Positions 39,498 through 48,643 of a DNA stretch of 64,000 bases are shown one piece after another. The stretch lies in the IMG/VR virus record IMGVR_UViG_3300033463_000038, positions 55,673 to 119,672 of that record. One strand, given 5' to 3'. The DNA comes from a virus. Lineage: Duplodnaviria; Caudoviricetes. Below the pieces are notes generated by a model. It saw nothing but the letters and a program-made list of their open reading frames with translations. It was not told where the DNA came from and did not search any database. A program made the translations under genes and the position numbers. How positions within the stretch are numbered: position 1 is the first letter of the stretch; each line of letters opens with the position of its first letter.

Positions 39498-40394
39498 ATG
39501 GGAATCATGGAAAAGCTTTCAGATATGAGAAGAAGAGTCGATGAAGACTGGAGAGATGACGCCAGAGCCGCTATATCTGCGAAATCGGTAAAAGACTTTC
39601 ATAAGAAAAGACTAGATAAATTGAGCTTCTCGATAGATACCAGTTTTGGTTACTTCAGATTGAATATACAGCCTACTAAATGGGGGGATGGACTCGATCT
39701 AAGGGTATATTTGGGAGAAGATTATCTATTTTACGAGATTTTCAATGGTGTCAAAGAACTGAAAGAATTTATCGAGAACAAAGTGATTGACAAGATCTAT
39801 GAAAGAGTCCGCGAGAAGTTCTACTACAAGATCCAGAAGATGCCGAGGGATGAAGCGAAGTCGATATTGAAGAGGTTTGACATTCTTCTTGACGAGCTTG
39901 CCGAAGGCATCAAGATGGAGATCGACTTCGATAAACTTGAAAAAGATCTTCATCGCTATGCTGTCTATTCGAAAGCTTTGAACGATAGAAGCAGCAACAA
40001 GTCAAACTTGGAGACACGCGCTAGAAGAAACTTCGAGAAGGAACACGGATTCGAAGTCGGTGACGTAGTCTATGGAACTCACAGATCCGATCTGAGAGAC
40101 GGAAAGGCTTACGTCGTTACCGAAATCGTTGATGACGCCAGTGATAAGAAGTTCTGGAAGTATAAGCTAAAACCAGAGAACGGCCGTGGTCAGGGAGCCA
40201 CAGTTTACGGCTATCAGATATATCTTGCTAGTGAAGTGATCGACTCAGCAGTCAACAATCCCGATGATCCGAAGTATACACCGAAGTTCGACCAGCAGCA
40301 GTACATGATGGACCGATATAGCGCTGATCGTCAGTTCGACGAAGCAGTTGAGCTTCTAAACAGCTGCGGCATGATCGTAGAAGCAAAATCGTAA
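39498..40394 (+). CDS. late hypothetical (head-associated?) protein
   Basis: TATAAATA at 39465, GGAG SD; SH3-like GFEVGDVVY segment; ends FDEAVELLNSCGMIVE. Confidence 0.6.
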   Translation: MGIMEKLSDMRRRVDEDWRDDARAAISAKSVKDFHKKRLDKLSFSIDTSFGYFRLNIQPTKWGDGLDLRVYLGEDYLFYEIFNGVKELKEFIENKVIDKIYERVREKFYYKIQKMPRDEAKSILKRFDILLDELAEGIKMEIDFDKLEKDLHRYAVYSKALNDRSSNKSNLETRARRNFEKEHGFEVGDVVYGTHRSDLRDGKAYVVTEIVDDASDKKFWKYKLKPENGRGQGATVYGYQIYLASEVIDSAVNNPDDPKYTPKFDQQQYMMDRYSADRQFDEAVELLNSCGMIVEAKS

Positions 40395-40417
40395 CAAGAA
40401 CTATAAAGAATCGTCGC

Positions 40418-40455
40418 AATCTCTGTGGAATTTCCACAGAGATTTTCTTGTTTTT
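40418..40455 (+). terminator. terminator / palindrome
   Basis: aatctctgtggaa-t-ttccacagagatt followed by a T-rich tail. Confidence 0.75.
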
Positions 40456-40459
40456 AGGG

Positions 40460-40488
40460 TTTAGAATTCTCATGAGAATACCTATATT
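40460..40488 (+). promoter_or_regulatory. early promoter, TTTAGA-N17-TATATT
   Basis: TTTAGAattctcatgagaataccTATATT. Confidence 0.75.
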
Positions 40489-40518
40489 ATAGGCGTAAAC
40501 AAAAAAAAGACTGCCAAT

Positions 40519-40824
40519 ATGAAGTACACGAAAGACCAAAAGACCCGCATGATCGCTAAGCTCGAAGCTATGAAGAGCGGCACCATCTTCAACCTCAACA
40601 AGAATGACGTCTGTCCTATCAAGTGCAAGCTCGTCAAAGACCGTAACTTCCTTTCGATCCTCGCTACCGAGCTAAACGACGAAGTCCTCTTCACTGCGCA
40701 GGGTCCTCATGACAAGGTCATGGAAACTGCCGTCGACTGCATCGAAGAGTACATCAATCACTTGGATCTGATGACCAAGCAGTTCTTCATCAACAAGGCT
40801 CGTCTTCAGGGCTACGAACCGTAA
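40519..40824 (+). CDS. hypothetical early protein
   Basis: 101 aa after the early promoter. Confidence 0.6.
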   Translation: MKYTKDQKTRMIAKLEAMKSGTIFNLNKNDVCPIKCKLVKDRNFLSILATELNDEVLFTAQGPHDKVMETAVDCIEEYINHLDLMTKQFFINKARLQGYEP

Positions 40825-40830
40825 CATTTT

Positions 40831-40886
40831 TTCTTCATCCTAACATTTCGAAATCTTAAGATCGATAAAAATGTTAGGATGAAGAA
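40831..40886. repeat. perfect 18-bp inverted repeat with palindromic spacer
   Basis: ttcttcatcctaacattt (40831-40848) / aaatgttaggatgaagaa (40869-40886). Confidence 0.8.
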
Positions 40887-40935
40887 TTACGAATTCCACA
40901 ACAAATAACTATATTATCCATACAAGGAAGAAAAT

Positions 40936-41304
40936 ATGAATGAGGAAGTCTATATTCCGCTAATTTTCACACAATACCTGGGACTGATTATGTCCATAGC
41001 GTATCTCTTCATGATTCTCTTGGGAGATCATACGTTCTTCCGTAAGAGCAAGCGCAAGAAGGAAAAGTGCTTCAAATGGGGCTCTCTGTTCGCTTTTTAC
41101 GTCGTGATTCTAGATCTATTCACGATTCTGTTCGCACTCTACTCCGGAAAGTTCATATCTGGGATGGTAATAGAGACGATCGTCTGGGTCGCTATCTATT
41201 TGATCGCATATCGCACGATGAAAAATCATCAGAAAGAATACGATCGCATCTACAAACTCTACGAGGAGCTCGGTCGTCCCGACTATATGCTCAAACGTTT
41301 ATAG
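40936..41304 (+). CDS. membrane protein (3 TM)
   Basis: Three hydrophobic helices with a basic loop; AAGGA SD. Confidence 0.65.
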   Translation: MNEEVYIPLIFTQYLGLIMSIAYLFMILLGDHTFFRKSKRKKEKCFKWGSLFAFYVVILDLFTILFALYSGKFISGMVIETIVWVAIYLIAYRTMKNHQKEYDRIYKLYEELGRPDYMLKRL

Positions 41305-41370
41305 CCTAGGTTCTTTTGGTCATTTCCTAGGCTGAGCGCTGCCGTCCTGGTCCTTCGGCAGCGCTCGTTT
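41303..41370 (+). terminator. tandem hairpins / terminator
   Basis: agcctagg...cctaggct then gagcgctgccg...cggcagcgctc-gtttt. Confidence 0.7.
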
Positions 41371-41390
41371 TGTGTTATAAATACTTTGAT

Positions 41391-43133
41391 ATGATTATCG
41401 AAGTTTTCAAAAACTATGATCAGGCATTGCGTCTGTTCGATTCAGTTAGATACAACGACAACGAGCCTCCTAGCCCAGAAGACTTCGTGGGTTGGCAGTT
41501 TGACAGCATAAACACATACCCTGATCCGCAGCCAGAGGGAACGATCTATTTTGACGCAAACTCTGGAAAGTACACACTCTCTTCGACGACTCAGAATATT
41601 GTTCTTGACTATCAAGCGCCCGAGCTCGTCTCATGGTCTGGAAAGTACACTGTGTTCGAGGGACAGAAGTGGATCACGGAGATGACGTTCAAAGATGAGA
41701 GCGGTATAGACGCTGGATCTTATGAAGTCTTCCTAAACGGTGGAAGCGATCAATATCTTCTTCGTTCGTCAAGAAAGAATTCGACTGCACCAGACTGGAC
41801 GCCGACTGTAGAATTTAATTCCGAGCTTGTTCAAGATCAAGGTGCAATCACTGTAAGTTTCCAGAGAAACTCTGTTGAAAAGAACAAGTATCGTGTCACT
41901 GTCGAAATCGATCCTTCGAAATTGAGCAATAGAGCTCTGCTAGGTTGCACTGAATACGTCTCATATCTGAAGGCTGGAATCAAGATTTACGACATCGCTG
42001 GAAACGAGATACGATGCACTCTTCCTATCGCATTTGTACTCTACCAGATTAGCGCTGACGAGATACTGAACGATGTGACTCGTTTGAAGCTTGACTTTAT
42101 CGATACATATCCTGAAAATCTCATGGTCGACAGCGATGTGATCGGAAAGACTACAATACGAGCGGTCAGCAGCAACGAGAAGCTTCATAAGTTGGGTTTC
42201 CACGTTCGTTTCGGTCTAAAGAGCGATTCTGTCGGATATCTGTCTGGAAGAACAGAGTCAGACGGAGAAGAGCCGTTAACTACAATTCAGCAGATCGATG
42301 GAATCGACCATAGCGGCAGAGTAAAAGCTTTCGCCTATCTCGATGGAACTTACGACGGTCAAATGAAGTGCCTGCTAGAGACTATCTCGATTCAGGTCGA
42401 CCCTAATCTAGCACAGCTCGTCCGATCTGCTACTTACAAAGAGGCTGAGCTCGGCACATTCGTAATCGAGTGCGAAGACAATGTCAGAAAGATAAACGTC
42501 GATCCGTTCATTCCGAGCGTTCTTCGTAGCGAAGAGCTGTATGGACTGTGCAAACTCTTTGAACGCTACTTGAATACGATGTACACTCCTGTAGGATCGA
42601 CATGCCGCATCGGGTTGCTCGAGAAGATCTCTCGCATCGGAAGGATGAAAGATCCAGACAGCTGTGAAGCTAAGCTCCTGCCCAACTTCTTGGAAGAGCA
42701 TGGTTCGGAGCTGTCATTCACTAGAGCTGATCTAAAGAGCGCTGCAGAGACGATTCTGAGCCATTTGCCAGACGACACGGCTATAACTACGGATAGAGTG
42801 ATTGACTCCATATACAGACGTTATGCGTCCATTACGCCGTACATAAATCGTTGGAAGGGAACTGAGAAATGCTTCGATCTTCTCTTCAAGGTCATCGGGA
42901 TCGACTGTAGGATCGAATATCTGTGGGAAGATTCTGAAGGAAACTTCGTAACTGAATCCGAGGCTGGAGACGATTGTTCGCTATCTACTCATCTTCGCAT
43001 CGTCATCAACTCAAGAGGCTATACTGAAGACGAGATTAAGAAACTTGTCCCGTTCGTTACGAAGTGCGCAAAATCGGTTCTACCAGTCAATCGTGTCATA
43101 GAGGGCATAACTATCGAGGAATATGATGGTTGA
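41391..43133 (+). CDS. baseplate wedge protein, gp7-like C-terminus with Ig-like N-terminal domains
   Basis: C-terminal YINRWKGTEKCFDLLFKVIG...VLPVNRVI; late promoter at 41376. Confidence 0.6.
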   Translation: MIIEVFKNYDQALRLFDSVRYNDNEPPSPEDFVGWQFDSINTYPDPQPEGTIYFDANSGKYTLSSTTQNIVLDYQAPELVSWSGKYTVFEGQKWITEMTFKDESGIDAGSYEVFLNGGSDQYLLRSSRKNSTAPDWTPTVEFNSELVQDQGAITVSFQRNSVEKNKYRVTVEIDPSKLSNRALLGCTEYVSYLKAGIKIYDIAGNEIRCTLPIAFVLYQISADEILNDVTRLKLDFIDTYPENLMVDSDVIGKTTIRAVSSNEKLHKLGFHVRFGLKSDSVGYLSGRTESDGEEPLTTIQQIDGIDHSGRVKAFAYLDGTYDGQMKCLLETISIQVDPNLAQLVRSATYKEAELGTFVIECEDNVRKINVDPFIPSVLRSEELYGLCKLFERYLNTMYTPVGSTCRIGLLEKISRIGRMKDPDSCEAKLLPNFLEEHGSELSFTRADLKSAAETILSHLPDDTAITTDRVIDSIYRRYASITPYINRWKGTEKCFDLLFKVIGIDCRIEYLWEDSEGNFVTESEAGDDCSLSTHLRIVINSRGYTEDEIKKLVPFVTKCAKSVLPVNRVIEGITIEEYDG

Positions 43134-44454
43134 TTCAGTACAGCTAGATCGAAACATGAAGCCGTTGACGAGCTTCTTGTACAAGTGTACTTTCTCTGCT
43201 AAACCCGGAGATCGTATGCTTACTGACGACGTGCTGAAGAAACTGAATTACTCTGTCTTTTCGTTCTCTGTACCGAAGATGAAAGAAGAGAATGGTAAAA
43301 CCATCTCGTATGGTTCTTTCGCTCTGCCTTTCCCTTACTATTCTTCAAGCGAGAAAGAGATGAGCATTGAATTCTATGAGCAAGATGACATGCTCATATC
43401 GAAGGTATTCTACGAGTTGTTGAATCGTGACCGTTGGAGAGCTACTCCTTTCTTCCGCTTTAGCGATGCTTGGTTGATAGCGACGCTAGAAGTATACGAC
43501 CAGAGAAACTCTCTAAACGAAAACAAGAATGTGATATTCAGACGTCAATACGCTCTCAAGGTGAAGACAATCGATCCTCCTAAATTCAGCCGCAGTTCTG
43601 ACGCTATGCCCACTACTGTTACGATACGCTTCAACACGATACAGAGCGAATACAAGAGCGAGAGATTGAGAGAAGCTGAGCTTGAGGGATTCACTAACGA
43701 GATGAAGACACTTGACAAGGTACCTGATCCAGCTTTAGTGAATACTGAAGATGCAGGCAACGCTCTAGCTACATTCGTATCATTCCTAGGTATAGAGAAT
43801 AGCGTCGACCATGCAGACCAAGTCTCCAAGAACGAGGCACTTCGCGAATTCTCAGAAAGTCTAGGTGCTAACAGCTTGAAGCGTACAGAAGCATTCATGG
43901 GCAAAGAGGGACAGAAGAACGTCGACGAGCTCAGAGCTGTTCTGAAAGACCAGGGCGTGAATACGAAGGATTACTCAGAAGTGTATGGTGCTTTGACCGA
44001 GATGGGTATCATGAAGGCTGGAGGAAACAGCTACTGCCAGCTCGGAGTTTCTCTCGTGGAGAGCATCGTAACCGAGAAGGAACGAGTTATAGCTTCTACT
44101 GCATCTATGAGCATTCCAGCTTGGAAAGAGGAAGGCTATCAAGAAGTCGAATCTAAGAAGCTCAAGAAGCAGAATGCTCAAGGCGTAAGCGAATACATCA
44201 ACAGCTTGATCAAGAGCGGAAAGGTCAAAGAGGGCGACAAAGTCGTTATTGACTACAGCGAAGATATCAAATACGACAAGGAAAAGAAGAACGCTGGACA
44301 CATCGTTACGATTCTGTATGATGAGAATCGAATAGCGAAGGGTCAGTCTCCTTGGTACATGGGATCAGACTTTGAACAGACTACACTAGCTGGAATTGGA
44401 AAACATCCAGCAGTCAAGGTACATCTATTGAAGAAAAAGAGCGATACTGAGTAA
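43123..44454 (+). CDS. tube-fold (gp19/gp54-like) protein fused to a CHAP/NlpC-like peptidoglycan hydrolase
   Basis: N-terminal FSVPK...MSIEFYEQDD...TVTIRF; C-terminal YCQLGVS...GDKVVI...AGHIV...WYMGSDFEQ. Confidence 0.55.
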   Translation: MMVDSVQLDRNMKPLTSFLYKCTFSAKPGDRMLTDDVLKKLNYSVFSFSVPKMKEENGKTISYGSFALPFPYYSSSEKEMSIEFYEQDDMLISKVFYELLNRDRWRATPFFRFSDAWLIATLEVYDQRNSLNENKNVIFRRQYALKVKTIDPPKFSRSSDAMPTTVTIRFNTIQSEYKSERLREAELEGFTNEMKTLDKVPDPALVNTEDAGNALATFVSFLGIENSVDHADQVSKNEALREFSESLGANSLKRTEAFMGKEGQKNVDELRAVLKDQGVNTKDYSEVYGALTEMGIMKAGGNSYCQLGVSLVESIVTEKERVIASTASMSIPAWKEEGYQEVESKKLKKQNAQGVSEYINSLIKSGKVKEGDKVVIDYSEDIKYDKEKKNAGHIVTILYDENRIAKGQSPWYMGSDFEQTTLAGIGKHPAVKVHLLKKKSDTE

Positions 44455-44463
44455 AGGTAATCT

Positions 44464-45852
44464 ATGCAGTACAACATATTCCAGAACGACTTTTACGACG
44501 ACACTCCAGGTGTTCCTTGGGCATATCGCTTGACTCTGATATTGGGAGATCCAGGAGAACAGGTTGTTGTGCTAGGCAAGTGCGTAGCGGAAGTCAATCT
44601 GTCAGAAGCCGAGTTGAAGACCTATACGATCTTTCATGGCGGAATTTCATTCGAGCTTCCTGTAAGGTATAAGAACGCGTCCTCTTTCAACGTCAGATTC
44701 AATGACAATCGAAAGCTCACAGCGTACAAGACTATCTTGTCTCTATTTAGACGCTCTTACGACAACCGTGAGAGCTATGCGGATGGACAGAGAAATCTCA
44801 AAATCTACAAATATGCAGATCAGTCGAAGAATCTGAGGATTGTTCTCGATATTCTCGATCCGAGTGACATCAATCTTCGTGATACGAAGCCGACTGGAAC
44901 TGGACAGACGATAACTGGTTTGACGACTAACGAGATGCGTATAGTCGCGACATACACTTTCGAAGATTGCTACTTCGAAGACATAGAGGATGTGGAGCTG
45001 AATTATAGCTCAGAAGAATTAGTCGAATGGGGAGTCACTGTAGAATTCCAGTCCGTTGAAGTTGAATATCCTAGACAGAGAAAACTGGTCATAGAGGACT
45101 ACACAGACGTTACAGAAATACCGTCGACAGATTATGGCATCGACGAGCCTGCATTCGATGTAGATCTGTCTCGTCAGCAAGAAGGCTATGGCAAGTTCAA
45201 AGATGGAGGATTCGGAGGCACTGGCGAAGGTGGAGAAGGCGCTGGTGGCGATGGAACTGGAACTGGACTCGGAGGAACGAGCATGTACGGCATCGGAAAC
45301 TCTAAGATTGCAATCTCTGAACGATCTAGCAATGATGGTATCTCTGGTGGCACTTCAGATGAGATGTTCCAGAACGTCATTCACGAGGGTAACGGCAATC
45401 CTGGAGATGAAGAGGGTGATACTGCTACGGAGCTCAAGAAGGGAACTGGCACTGGCAAGTACGATGTAGACAGCGCCGACTATCGCATGGCGAAGGAATC
45501 TATTGCAGGATTTGATGAGCTTCCTCCTGAAGAACAGAGTGAGATAGTCAAGAACATGAAGAAGAGCGATGTCGGCAGGATCTACGACAAGGCAGACTCG
45601 GTTAGAGAAAACCTCGAAAATCAAGGACTTGAAGCTAATGAAGTGCAAGCGAAGATGAGATCGATGGGCTACACTCAAGAGACTATCGAACGCTCATACG
45701 AGACAAAGGCCGAGGAACAGCTGGAAACAGAAGGAATTGAAGCGACTTCCGAGAATATAAAGCTTAGAGCTAGACTCGAGATGGCTGGATTCGAAAGAGG
45801 ACAACAGAGATTCGCAGATCCTCTCAAGAGAAAGTTCAAATCCGATAAATAA
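44464..45852 (+). CDS. tube-fold protein with Gly-rich and helical C-terminal extension
   Basis: FNVRFNDN...YTFEDCY...ELNYSSEELVEWGVTVEF. Confidence 0.6.
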   Translation: MQYNIFQNDFYDDTPGVPWAYRLTLILGDPGEQVVVLGKCVAEVNLSEAELKTYTIFHGGISFELPVRYKNASSFNVRFNDNRKLTAYKTILSLFRRSYDNRESYADGQRNLKIYKYADQSKNLRIVLDILDPSDINLRDTKPTGTGQTITGLTTNEMRIVATYTFEDCYFEDIEDVELNYSSEELVEWGVTVEFQSVEVEYPRQRKLVIEDYTDVTEIPSTDYGIDEPAFDVDLSRQQEGYGKFKDGGFGGTGEGGEGAGGDGTGTGLGGTSMYGIGNSKIAISERSSNDGISGGTSDEMFQNVIHEGNGNPGDEEGDTATELKKGTGTGKYDVDSADYRMAKESIAGFDELPPEEQSEIVKNMKKSDVGRIYDKADSVRENLENQGLEANEVQAKMRSMGYTQETIERSYETKAEEQLETEGIEATSENIKLRARLEMAGFERGQQRFADPLKRKFKSDK

Positions 45853-45855
45853 TAC

Positions 45856-46179
45856 ATGCAAGGAATATACAATCGAGAGATCCTGTTCAAGCAGAACATG
45901 GTAGACGGAAGGCTGGAGTACGATATGGGAAGCATCGACTTTCCAGAGCTTTTTCGTGACCAGAATGTAGGATGGACAGTAGTTAAGAGCTCAGAGGAAT
46001 GCCGTCCAGACCTGATAGCACAACGAATCTACGACGACTCTGATCTGTGGTGGTTTGTCATGTGGTTGAACGGAATCTCAGATCCTTGGAACGATTTGAA
46101 GTCGGGTGTCGCTCTCAAGTTTATCGCTAAGAGCAAGATCGACAACATCGTCAAATACGTGAGAATGAGAAGAGCATAA
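45856..46179 (+). CDS. 53: baseplate wedge protein gp53 (LysM-like)
   Basis: ECRPDLIAQRIYDDSDLWWFVMWLNGISDPWNDL. Confidence 0.88.
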   Translation: MQGIYNREILFKQNMVDGRLEYDMGSIDFPELFRDQNVGWTVVKSSEECRPDLIAQRIYDDSDLWWFVMWLNGISDPWNDLKSGVALKFIAKSKIDNIVKYVRMRRA

Positions 46180-46916
46180 TGAACCAGTATCTGTCAATTG
46201 AAGACTATCTAGCGAATAAGACAGTGAAGCTGTCTGACGCTTACAGCATAGAGATCAAAGACAGAGAACCGTTCTGGGAGAACAATCTGACTGAAGTCGG
46301 ATTCACTGAAGACGATATACAGGCTCTAGGGATAGAGGTTGGGACAGACGAAAGCCGATATAAGACCAGAACATTCGTATTCAAGAACTGCACTAGCTTC
46401 ACTCCTCCGACATATACGCCAAAAGAGATGGTCTTGAAATTCTGCAACACGACAAAAGTGATCTATGTGCCTAACACAGACAATCCGTCACCAGTCAAGT
46501 TCCAGTTCTTCGAAAACGAGAGAAGATACATAGGAAAGTTTATTCGATACTGTCTTAGAAAGAATTTCTTCGATGAGGATATCGATCACAGCAGAGATGC
46601 TTACAATCCGCATCGATACATCGACAGCATCACAGTGAACGTTCTTGACAACAATCTGCAGAAGGTTGTACTGAGACACATATTCGAGTGTTGCCGCATC
46701 AATTCTTACGATTACGACTACAATTTCAAATATGACTCCAATCAGACGCTCAATCCCACTATCGATTTCAGCTTCTTCAGGTACAAGATAGACTTGAACC
46801 CGAATATCGAATATGAAGAGAGAAGAGCTGATACAGAGAAAGGCATAACTGGGTACACTGAACGAAACAACACGCAGACAGACGCATATAGAAACTATAG
46901 AGGAGTTTCGATATGA
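46179..46916 (+). CDS. tube-fold (gp19/gp48/gp54-like) protein
   Basis: CTSFTPP...VKFQFFEN...HIFECCRINSY...TIDFSF. Confidence 0.55.
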   Translation: MNQYLSIEDYLANKTVKLSDAYSIEIKDREPFWENNLTEVGFTEDDIQALGIEVGTDESRYKTRTFVFKNCTSFTPPTYTPKEMVLKFCNTTKVIYVPNTDNPSPVKFQFFENERRYIGKFIRYCLRKNFFDEDIDHSRDAYNPHRYIDSITVNVLDNNLQKVVLRHIFECCRINSYDYDYNFKYDSNQTLNPTIDFSFFRYKIDLNPNIEYEERRADTEKGITGYTERNNTQTDAYRNYRGVSI

Positions 46917-47485
46917 GCAACAATTACTCGATATTCACTACAGAGCTTAATAATTTCTCAGATCCGCAGCGTACTGATCTGTTTGAAGTTCTCTTCTATG
47001 ATTCTACTGGATATACTTATCGCTATGCTGCTACTGAATCTCATCAGTTTTATCCAGTGAAGGCGTCTCTTCCTAGACAGGCTAACGTGATTGCGAAGAG
47101 ATGGTATTTTGGCACTTATCGTCAGTATGTGATAAATTCAGATCGTGGCGGAGAAACGACCATCGAATTCTACTTGAGAAGTGAACCAGGAAAGAACATC
47201 AGACTCTTTCAGTTCCTCGGCGTACCTATCGGCGGAGAATTTCTCGATGAAGAGCAGCGTTACAAGCACGTGGAGTTCAATAGATGTTTCGACAAGGTCG
47301 AGATCATAACAAGATCCCAGAATTTCAGGCGTGGAACAGTATATACGCTGTACAACTGCAACGTAAAAGACATCAATTTTCCGGAACTCGATGCTAGAAA
47401 CTCAGAAGCTCTAACGCTGAACGTACCTATCACGTATGACACATTCGACGTAGCGGAATATGACGAAGAAGATAGGAACGACTAA
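46913..47485 (+). CDS. tail tube protein-like (gp19 family)
   Basis: DPQRTDLFEVLF...KASLP...TIEFY...YTLYNC...ELDA...TLNVPITYD. Confidence 0.65.
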   Translation: MSNNYSIFTTELNNFSDPQRTDLFEVLFYDSTGYTYRYAATESHQFYPVKASLPRQANVIAKRWYFGTYRQYVINSDRGGETTIEFYLRSEPGKNIRLFQFLGVPIGGEFLDEEQRYKHVEFNRCFDKVEIITRSQNFRRGTVYTLYNCNVKDINFPELDARNSEALTLNVPITYDTFDVAEYDEEDRND

Positions 47486-48174
47486 TGAGCGAAATTCCTT
47501 ACAATATCTTCAAGAACGACTTCTACGATGAGAAACCTGCACCGAAGTGGGCTTTTACCGTCGAGTTCATCTTATCGCCTACGCTAAATCAATACACTGA
47601 GCCGCTTCAGGGTACGCTTCCAGATGATGCACCAGAGTTTCTCAAGAATATAGTGGGCAAGCTGGAAAGAGACACTGGATTTTCTCTGTCTGAATGGATG
47701 GAGAAGCTGTCGAAGTGCGTACAGAGCATTCCGATCGCGCATCCGAAAGGAGCAGGAGCGATACCTGTCTGGTTCCCGGGATATATGAGGAATTATCCTG
47801 GAAGATACAATACGTCAGGGAGCTTATCGGTAAACTTCAGCGACAACATGGATCGCGACATAAGATGTATTCTTGAACAGCTCCTGCACTACGACGGTTT
47901 GAGCTATCTGAATGGCAGATCGAACGTCTATCCGACACTATCCAAGAATCTCTGGTTCGACATGATCGTACGTGTATATGACGTAGAGCTAGTCAATCAA
48001 TATGAGCCGACTGAAGGAAATGATCGAGTTTCTGAGCATGGCACTGTTCAAGCGTTTAGATACGAGGGATGCTATGTCTCTAAGATCGGAAACGAGAAGA
48101 ACAGCTACGAATCTTCAGATCAGATAAGAACTGTAGAGGCTACGATAACTTACCAAAGGATGCGGCCTCTATAA
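47485..48174 (+). CDS. tube-fold (gp19 family) protein
   Basis: YPGRYNTSGSLSVNFSDN...YEGCY...YESSDQIRTVEATITY; N-terminus YNIFKNDFYD shared with 44464. Confidence 0.6.
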   Translation: MSEIPYNIFKNDFYDEKPAPKWAFTVEFILSPTLNQYTEPLQGTLPDDAPEFLKNIVGKLERDTGFSLSEWMEKLSKCVQSIPIAHPKGAGAIPVWFPGYMRNYPGRYNTSGSLSVNFSDNMDRDIRCILEQLLHYDGLSYLNGRSNVYPTLSKNLWFDMIVRVYDVELVNQYEPTEGNDRVSEHGTVQAFRYEGCYVSKIGNEKNSYESSDQIRTVEATITYQRMRPL

Positions 48175-48211
48175 ATAAATCAAAAGACTTTTTGTAAAAG
48201 GGTTTATAATC

Positions 48212-48571
48212 ATGGGCAAGACATTAAAAAGTTATGTAGTGAACGAAGTCATCAATTCTCTGGGTCCGAGAGAATTCCCTGGCTCTGTCGTGTTCGGTTC
48301 GACTTCGGACGCTATTCCGAACACTGAAAAGTGTCAGGTCGATTCACATCGTCATCACTACTACATGGACAAGTACTCTAACCTCGGTCATACCGACAAG
48401 GCTGGCGTAGACGGCCACATGCATCTCATCATCAACGGCGAGATCATCGCGGGCAACCATCATCACACTCTAGAAGAACCTCAGGGTTCCTGTCAGTCGT
48501 TCAACGAGATCGAAGACCAGACAGGTATCGTGATGCCAGTCTTCCAGACTGAACTTTCCAAGCAGAAGTAA
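48212..48571 (+). CDS. His-rich putative metal-binding late protein
   Basis: HRHH, GHT, GHMH, NHHHTL; late promoter at 48170. Confidence 0.55.
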   Translation: MGKTLKSYVVNEVINSLGPREFPGSVVFGSTSDAIPNTEKCQVDSHRHHYYMDKYSNLGHTDKAGVDGHMHLIINGEIIAGNHHHTLEEPQGSCQSFNEIEDQTGIVMPVFQTELSKQK

Positions 48572-48643
48572 TCATATTTCTTTTCCTGGATCAACTCGAT
48601 CCAGGAATTTTTGTGTAAATATGATATAAGAGAAGAGTATTCT

